64,000 bases of DNA. Origin: Candidatus Nomurabacteria bacterium. GTDB lineage: Bacteria > Patescibacteriota > Saccharimonadia > Saccharimonadales > JAGQNJ01. Below are positions 58,840 through 64,000 of the stretch, piece after piece. The DNA lies in the NCBI GenBank assembly GCA_023898625.1, contig CP060231.1:20258-84257 (forward strand), read 5' to 3'. The position numbers and the translations under genes are program-made. The first letter of the stretch is position 1, and every line of letters starts with the position of its first letter. Below the pieces are notes generated by a model. That model did no database searches, was not told where the DNA came from, and was given only the letters and a program-made list of their open reading frames with translations.

Positions 58840-60600
58840 TTAATTACTCTTTGGCAACACGTTAAAGTTATCTATCAGCATATTCGCAGTTGCACTAAAT
58901 ATTGGGCCAGCACCTTTTGATCCAGCATAGCCCGGAACTTTTGGTTCATTCACTCTTACAACTATCACATACTCAGGCTTATCACCCCCTACAAAACCAG
59001 TAAAACTCCCATTATAACGATCACCGTAATAACCTCCGTCAGGTTTTGCAATCTGGGCTGTACCAGTCTTGCCACCCACCATATAATTTGGTCTTAGATT
59101 AAACCCGTAAACATGGTGATTTTTATTGATCAAATTCACCATATTATCCCGAACAGTATCACTTGCAACCTGACTAACCACACTTTTCTCTACAACTTCG
59201 GGCTGAACCTTCTTAGTTTTACCATCAGCGCCAATCATTTCATCAACTAATCTCGGTCGATAGTATGTGCCTCCGTTGAGAACACTTGATAATGCTGCAC
59301 CCATTTGAATTGGTGTAGCCATCATGCCCTGGCCAAAAGATGTATTTGCATATCTAATATTTAACCCATAACCATCATTTGGATCTGGAATCAAACCAGC
59401 AGATTCATAACCTTGCTCAATGCCAGTTTTTTGAGAAAATCTGTATTTATTAACCATGTAATCGTGCCAAGTTGATCGTGCCTTTTCGTTAATTGACCCT
59501 CCGCCCATTTGCATCAATAGCCAGGTTGCTCCAGTATTAAGAGATAACCTCAATATATCCGCTAATGTCCTCTGTCCAGGCCCGCCAGACTCCTCGACGT
59601 TAGTAATGGTTTCTCCATCAACTTTCACGGAATTTGAGTCATAATAAGTAGAATCTGGTCTTACAGCACCCTCCGTCAGGGCGGCGGCCATAGTGAGTGG
59701 CTTCATAACCGAACCGACCTCGTATGCATCGCTAACATTTGTGTTATTAAAAACGTTTGCATCTTCTACATTGTAATATTCCCCAGGATTATACGTTGGA
59801 TAATTTGCCATGGCTTTTATTGCTCCCGTATATGGATCCATAACATAAACACCGCCAGATTTGGACTTTGCGTTCTCAAGACCAGTTTTTAAGATCTCTT
59901 CGAGTTGTTGTTGCATAGACATGTCAATGGTTAGCACGACTCTTTTGCCGTCTTCAGGATCTTGAATTACGTTATCTTTGTTAGCTACTAGTGGCACACC
60001 GCTCGCATCAGTAATTGCCTTCAATTGCCCAGGCTTACCTCGTAGCTGAGAATCCAACGCTTGCTCTATGCCATACTTCCCTTCTCCATCATTATTCACA
60101 AAACCAAGTAAGCTTGCGGCCATTTCGCCTTGAGGATATGTTCTATACGACTGATCACGCACACCAATACCTTTGATGTCTAACTTTTCAATCTGTTCTT
60201 TTTGGTCCTTGTTCAACTTTTTTGCCAGAATAACATATCTAGAATCGACATTTAGTTGCTTTTCGATGTCTTGCACCTGACCCCCGATGATCTCCTGTAG
60301 CTTCTTAGCGCTTTCGGGTTTATTTTTTACATATACTGGATCGGCAAAAACAGTATATTTGATCTCGTTTAATACAATTGGGACAGTTTCCTGGCCATTG
60401 TGAGCTTCTATTATTCCCCTTTTTGCGGGTATTTGATATTCCTTATATTGGCCACTTAAGGCCGTAGCCTTATAGTAATCATGTTTAATAACCTGAAGAT
60501 AAAATAGCCTGATGATAAAAATTGCAATGATAATAACAATAAGTCCGAATCCAAAACGAATTCGAAAAAGATACTGATTAGAATCTTCTGATAATTGCAT
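58840..60600 (-). CDS. ftsI: Penicillin-binding protein 2B/FtsI-type transpeptidase
   Basis: N-terminal TM helix, a PBP dimerisation region, and transpeptidase motifs SVMKP (SxxK), SLN (SxN) and KTGT. Confidence 0.88.
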   Translation of the reverse strand: MQLSEDSNQYLFRIRFGFGLIVIIIAIFIIRLFYLQVIKHDYYKATALSGQYKEYQIPAKRGIIEAHNGQETVPIVLNEIKYTVFADPVYVKNKPESAKKLQEIIGGQVQDIEKQLNVDSRYVILAKKLNKDQKEQIEKLDIKGIGVRDQSYRTYPQGEMAASLLGFVNNDGEGKYGIEQALDSQLRGKPGQLKAITDASGVPLVANKDNVIQDPEDGKRVVLTIDMSMQQQLEEILKTGLENAKSKSGGVYVMDPYTGAIKAMANYPTYNPGEYYNVEDANVFNNTNVSDAYEVGSVMKPLTMAAALTEGAVRPDSTYYDSNSVKVDGETITNVEESGGPGQRTLADILRLSLNTGATWLLMQMGGGSINEKARSTWHDYMVNKYRFSQKTGIEQGYESAGLIPDPNDGYGLNIRYANTSFGQGMMATPIQMGAALSSVLNGGTYYRPRLVDEMIGADGKTKKVQPEVVEKSVVSQVASDTVRDNMVNLINKNHHVYGFNLRPNYMVGGKTGTAQIAKPDGGYYGDRYNGSFTGFVGGDKPEYVIVVRVNEPKVPGYAGSKGAGPIFSATANMLIDNFNVLPKSN

Positions 60601-60622
60601 AGTTTATTGAAATATTATGTGA

Positions 60623-60970
60623 TTATTCTTGGATCGTGGCGCTTGGAGCAACTGATACAAGCTGATTTGCTTGCTCACTTGTTTTAACTCGCTCTAAAGA
60701 CTGCAGCCTTGCCGATGCAACCTCTAGTTCATCGTGTTCCTGTTGTAGACTGGTTTGTTGCTTGTTAAGTTCATTTAGCTGATAGCCAAAGGTATTTGTC
60801 TTGGTCACCTGCGTTAAATATAGCAACCCCAATAAACATGCTAACACAATTAATATTATTGTGTTACTTACAGGCCCTATTGCCTTGTCTTTAGACTTGA
60901 ACGTCGTTACATTTTGATTGCGTCGCATGTATTGACCGCGTCCAGATGCTAATGTGTTTGAATATGTCAT
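60623..60970 (-). CDS. ftsL: FtsL/septum-formation-initiator-like small bitopic protein
   Basis: 115 aa with one TM helix followed by a coiled-coil (LNELNKQQTSLQQEHDELEVASARLQSLERV). It lies between rsmH and ftsI. Confidence 0.55.
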   Translation of the reverse strand: MTYSNTLASGRGQYMRRNQNVTTFKSKDKAIGPVSNTIILIVLACLLGLLYLTQVTKTNTFGYQLNELNKQQTSLQQEHDELEVASARLQSLERVKTSEQANQLVSVAPSATIQE

Positions 60971-61122
60971 TTTTGTATTTATATTTTGTGTTAAGTTTGT
61001 ATTCTGGTGCTCCTACAGCTTTTTTGGCCGTAGGAGCGGTTCGTGCTTACAAAACTTTTACTTTGATCTTGTACGCACGGGAACTACTTTTTACCGTTAT
61101 TGGCATGTTGTCCCCTTTCTTT

Positions 61123-62016
61123 TTATTTTTTCACTGCGACTCTTAGCTTTGCACTACGAGCACGCGGATTGAAAACTAGTTCATCTTGGCTTCCAGTGAT
61201 TGGTTTTTTTGTTAATAGGTTAAGGCTCGCATCATACTGATTTGCTCCATATTCGAGAAAAATCTGTTTGACTATACGATCCTCCAAACTCTGAAAGCTT
61301 ATAACAGCCAACCTTCCCCGGGGATTTAATAGTTGTATCCACACCGGTAAGGCTGTTTTAATTTGAGCAAGTTCATCGTTCACGGCAATTCTCAACGCCT
61401 GGAATGTCCTGGTTGCTGGATGAGTTTTATGATTTATCCTGCCCCTGTAAACACGCTCAACGATTAATGCGAGATCCGTTGTTTTTTGTACTGGCCTACT
61501 ATTTACTATTGCATGCGCAATACGTTTCGATTTTGGATCTTCACCATAATCTCTAATGATTTTCGATAAATCTTGCTTATTATAAGTGTTGACGATATCG
61601 TCAGCAGTTAGTGGCACAGATTCATCCATCCTCATATCTAGTGGACCCTCATACTGAAACGAAAATCCTCTATTGGCATTGTCGAGATGTGGCGACGAAA
61701 CGCCCAAATCTGCCAGAATCAAATCAAATCGTCGGCCTTTATCTAACAACTCTTGAGAAGTTTTTGAAAAGTCACCCTTGATTATCTCTGGGCTTTTTTT
61801 TGGAAAGATTTTTTGGAGTTGAGAAATCGCATTTTGATCACGATCTATCAATACACTTCCTTCCGTTTGACCTGTAATATTCAGGATTGCTTCCGCATGT
61901 CCGCCATATCCCGCTGTCGCGTCTAAGAGTTTATCACCCTTCTCTGGAGCAAGATATTTTAGAACTTCTCTGAGCAAAACTGGATAATGTTGGTTCGATT
62001 GGTGATTGCTTACCAT
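61123..62016 (-). CDS. rsmH: 16S rRNA (cytosine1402-N4)-methyltransferase
   Basis: HYPVLLREVL...DATAGYGGHA...DLGVSSPHLD...SFQSLEDR, RsmH/MraW motifs. Confidence 0.92.
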   Translation of the reverse strand: MVSNHQSNQHYPVLLREVLKYLAPEKGDKLLDATAGYGGHAEAILNITGQTEGSVLIDRDQNAISQLQKIFPKKSPEIIKGDFSKTSQELLDKGRRFDLILADLGVSSPHLDNANRGFSFQYEGPLDMRMDESVPLTADDIVNTYNKQDLSKIIRDYGEDPKSKRIAHAIVNSRPVQKTTDLALIVERVYRGRINHKTHPATRTFQALRIAVNDELAQIKTALPVWIQLLNPRGRLAVISFQSLEDRIVKQIFLEYGANQYDASLNLLTKKPITGSQDELVFNPRARSAKLRVAVKK

Positions 62017-62044
62017 TTTTTTATTTTACATTTTTGTTTTTGTA

Positions 62045-62288
62045 AGGTCACCTATTCAGTAGTCAACTTTTTGTTTTTTTCGTTTTTGTTTTTGTTTGAC
62101 CGCAAAGTTTTTGTTGTAGAAAGCTTATGAGTATGATCGGGGTAGATCATGCTTATGCCTTTTACTAACTTTGCAGTTTGAGAGACTTTTGTGTGAGGTG
62201 GAGTTTTGGGAGGTGTTTTATGAAAGGTACTAAGGTTTTTTTAGTGGTTAGCCTTCAATCCACGTGTTGACTACCGAATAGCTGACCT
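62045..62288 (-). repeat. 23-bp inverted repeat pair enclosing 198 nt in the mraZ-rsmH spacer
   Basis: Arms lie at 62045-62067 (AGGTCACCTATTCAGTAGTCAAC) and 62266-62288 (GTTGACTACCGAATAGCTGACCT), with 21/23 positions complementary. On the minus (operon-sense) transcript one of the two mismatches becomes a G-U pair. Confidence 0.7.
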
Positions 62289-62351
62289 CAAGCATCGTAT
62301 TAATGCCAGATTACTACTATTATTTGTTAATGTGCTGTGGGGTTCAACCAA

Positions 62352-62705
62352 CTACCCGGCCTGGACTCGCCAGTACCGACCTGCTCGGACGGCCACAATA
62401 TTTTTACGAATACCAGCATAGTCTAACAAATGCTGTTCGATTGTGACTCGACCTTGCTTAGTATCTATGCCACTCTCTACCTTACCAAACCGGAACTGAA
62501 CATTAAGGTCAGCTACACGTTCATCAAGGATGCTTCCTTGTAGCTGCGGTTCAACCTGTTCGTCCCAAACACTTTTGGGGTAGATATGCAGATACTGCTT
62601 AAATCCACGGGTAACGACTACTCCGCTCTCAAACTCGGCTCGAAGTTCGGCTGGTATTGTCAGCCTTCTCTTGTCGTCAAGTTTCCTTTCGAAGTAATCC
62701 ACCAT
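62352..62705 (-). CDS. mraZ: Transcriptional regulator MraZ (short form)
   Basis: KLDDKRRLTIPAELR and a second SpoVT/AbrB-like half (DTKQGRVTIEQHLLDYAGI). First gene of the dcw cluster; 117 aa. Confidence 0.8.
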   Translation of the reverse strand: MVDYFERKLDDKRRLTIPAELRAEFESGVVVTRGFKQYLHIYPKSVWDEQVEPQLQGSILDERVADLNVQFRFGKVESGIDTKQGRVTIEQHLLDYAGIRKNIVAVRAGRYWRVQAG

Positions 62706-62776
62706 ATGAATTTATTTGGTCTCTTATTATTAATATTCTCTCGTGGTTGTTTTTATTTTTTGTTCTACGATGGGTT

Positions 62777-62823
62777 ACCCACGTTTACCCACTAACATGA
62801 GTCTACAACCCACCAGTACCCAC
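62777..62823 (-). promoter_or_regulatory. Four phased GTGGGT boxes upstream of mraZ (candidate MraZ operator)
   Basis: ACCCAC on the plus strand starts at 62777, 62787, 62808 and 62818, giving spacings of 10, 21 and 10 bp. The minus strand reads GTGGGTACTG GTGGGTTGTA ... GTGGGTAAAC GTGGGTAACC, 70-120 nt upstream of the mraZ ATG. Confidence 0.6.
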
Positions 62824-62941
62824 ATGCAAGTACTTTTTTTACTTTTTACGATTATTCATTAAGTTATCCACAGATGTCCATCCAAAAAAATAACTCGCCA
62901 CTACATCTAGTGTGACGAGTTAACATGAATACACAATCGTT

Positions 62942-63325
62942 TTAATCGCCGTTTTGATTCTGCTGTTTTTCTAATTGTTCGATCTCTTGGTCTGTCATCG
63001 GGATGTTTAGCTCATCTCCTGGATTAATTATACCGTCTTGTGCGGCAGGAGAATTCTCAATGATTTCATCTCTTATATCACGATAATCTACATGGTCTCC
63101 AATACTACGTGCAACATCTACGGCATATTTATTAACTGTATCCCCTGGCTCGACGATCACTGGGTGTGTAGGTCGTGGTTCGTCCTCAGACAAAACATTA
63201 TTTACTGCAGACCCAAGACCAACAGCCGATACTGCAAGAATCCCAAGGGCTATAGCACGACGAATGATCGCCACCTCTTTAGTCTTCGGTGGCTCTTTTG
63301 AAAATATTCTGTCATCTTGCTTCAT
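62942..63325 (-). CDS. Small membrane-anchored LysM-like domain protein
   Basis: TM helix (AIALGILAVSAVGLG), then VIVEPGDTVNKYAVDVA....INPGDELNIP, a LysM-like pattern. Confidence 0.5.
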   Translation of the reverse strand: MKQDDRIFSKEPPKTKEVAIIRRAIALGILAVSAVGLGSAVNNVLSEDEPRPTHPVIVEPGDTVNKYAVDVARSIGDHVDYRDIRDEIIENSPAAQDGIINPGDELNIPMTDQEIEQLEKQQNQNGD

Positions 63326-63362
63326 ATTGACAATATAGCATAAGCGTGTCTATTTGTCAATG

Positions 63363-64000
63363 TTATTTTAAAGCTCTGATCCGCTTCACCTCTGTCGCGA
63401 ACCATTTTGCGCTTGGCCTAATGGTGCGTTTCATGGTTTTTCGGTCAACTTCTACTAGCCCAAATTTAGGCCACCAACCATAAGCCCATTCAAAATTATC
63501 AAGCAAGCTCCAATGATAATAGCCAACTAACTGAACACCCTCGCTCAAAGCCTTTTCCATAGCAATGATCGTTTCCTCTATCCACCACCGCCTATACTGG
63601 TCTTTGCTATCCGCTACACCGTTTTCGGTAATAATAATCGGTTTACGATATCTAGCCCACACTCTTAATAATAATGGGTACAAGCCCTCAGGTTCCATGT
63701 ACCAGCCTAAATCATTGGTCGGTAACTTGGGATTCTCTCGTTTGTTAATCCTATAGTAATCCGTAAAGTAATAATTAAATCCGATAAAGTCTTGATATTT
63801 ACTAATACGATTATAAAACCACCAATTCCAGAAAAACCTCATCCATTTAGTCATCATCTGGTCAAGAAGATTATGCGGTCTTTTAGCCTGAATATTAGCT
63901 AGTTGTTGAGCAATTCCGATGTTTAAGCTTGGCTTTTTTTGCTTTAATACCTTATAGGCTATCTTGTGAGCTCTGGCAAGATTTAAGTAAACCACCAAAG
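63363..64000 (-). CDS. Glycoside hydrolase family 1 (beta-glucosidase-like), C-terminal part; 5' end outside the window
   Basis: IIITENGVAD (nucleophile Glu motif) and YYHWSLLDNFEWAYGWWPKFGLVEVD, the GH1 C-terminal signature. Confidence 0.85.
   Translation of the reverse strand, partial: LVVYLNLARAHKIAYKVLKQKKPSLNIGIAQQLANIQAKRPHNLLDQMMTKWMRFFWNWWFYNRISKYQDFIGFNYYFTDYYRINKRENPKLPTNDLGWYMEPEGLYPLLLRVWARYRKPIIITENGVADSKDQYRRWWIEETIIAMEKALSEGVQLVGYYHWSLLDNFEWAYGWWPKFGLVEVDRKTMKRTIRPSAKWFATEVKRIRALK

Noticed and set aside
1-64000. Alternative genetic code (UGA recoding, as in some candidate-phyla bacteria)
   Set aside because: Long uninterrupted ORFs with conserved motifs end at TGA, TAA and TAG under the standard code. 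Housekeeping genes show no in-frame UGA that would require recoding.

Overview
AT-rich, densely coded bacterial chromosome segment read with the standard genetic code. Gene content and protein style suggest a small-genome, Gram-positive-like Patescibacteria/Saccharibacteria-type organism; this is inference only, since there is no rRNA in the window. The housekeeping backbone contains pyrH, xth, gltX, der, pth, dprA, topA, an RsuA/RluB-type pseudouridine synthase, a sensor kinase/response regulator pair, a umuD-like/umuC pair, three tRNAs (Ser-GGA, Leu-CAA, Glu-CUC) and a compact dcw cluster on the minus strand (mraZ-rsmH-ftsL-ftsI-mraY-ftsW-murG-ftsQ). Accessory content stands out in seven ways. 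(1) A family of four secreted-protein genes shares a nucleotide-identical promoter, 5'UTR and 61-63 aa leader but has unrelated bodies, one of them a tandem bulb-type lectin. Two copies also share an identical 3' tail and terminator, one copy is frameshifted, and one has an IS481-family element abutting its -35 box. Copy boundaries coincide with the gltX stop and the pth start, and fragments of both genes are scattered, which indicates recombination-driven cassette shuffling or an assembly problem. (2) Two mosaic, partly identical LAXTG-anchored beta-helix surface proteins flank a GT2-LicD fusion and a LicC-like nucleotidyltransferase, and a sortase lies elsewhere in the window. (3) An orphan transcription unit of about 365 nt with its own promoter and terminator encodes a highly structured RNA with RNase P-like motifs. 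A second candidate structured RNA lies behind tRNA-Leu. (4) A G8 homopolymer splits a GGCT-like/GNAT fusion gene. (5) A UmuD'-like protein lacks the catalytic Ser. (6) A 690-bp non-coding region carries paired perfect DnaA boxes. (7) Four phased GTGGGT boxes lie upstream of mraZ, and a 23-bp long-range inverted repeat lies in the mraZ-rsmH spacer. No CRISPR array, rRNA or reverse transcriptase was seen.
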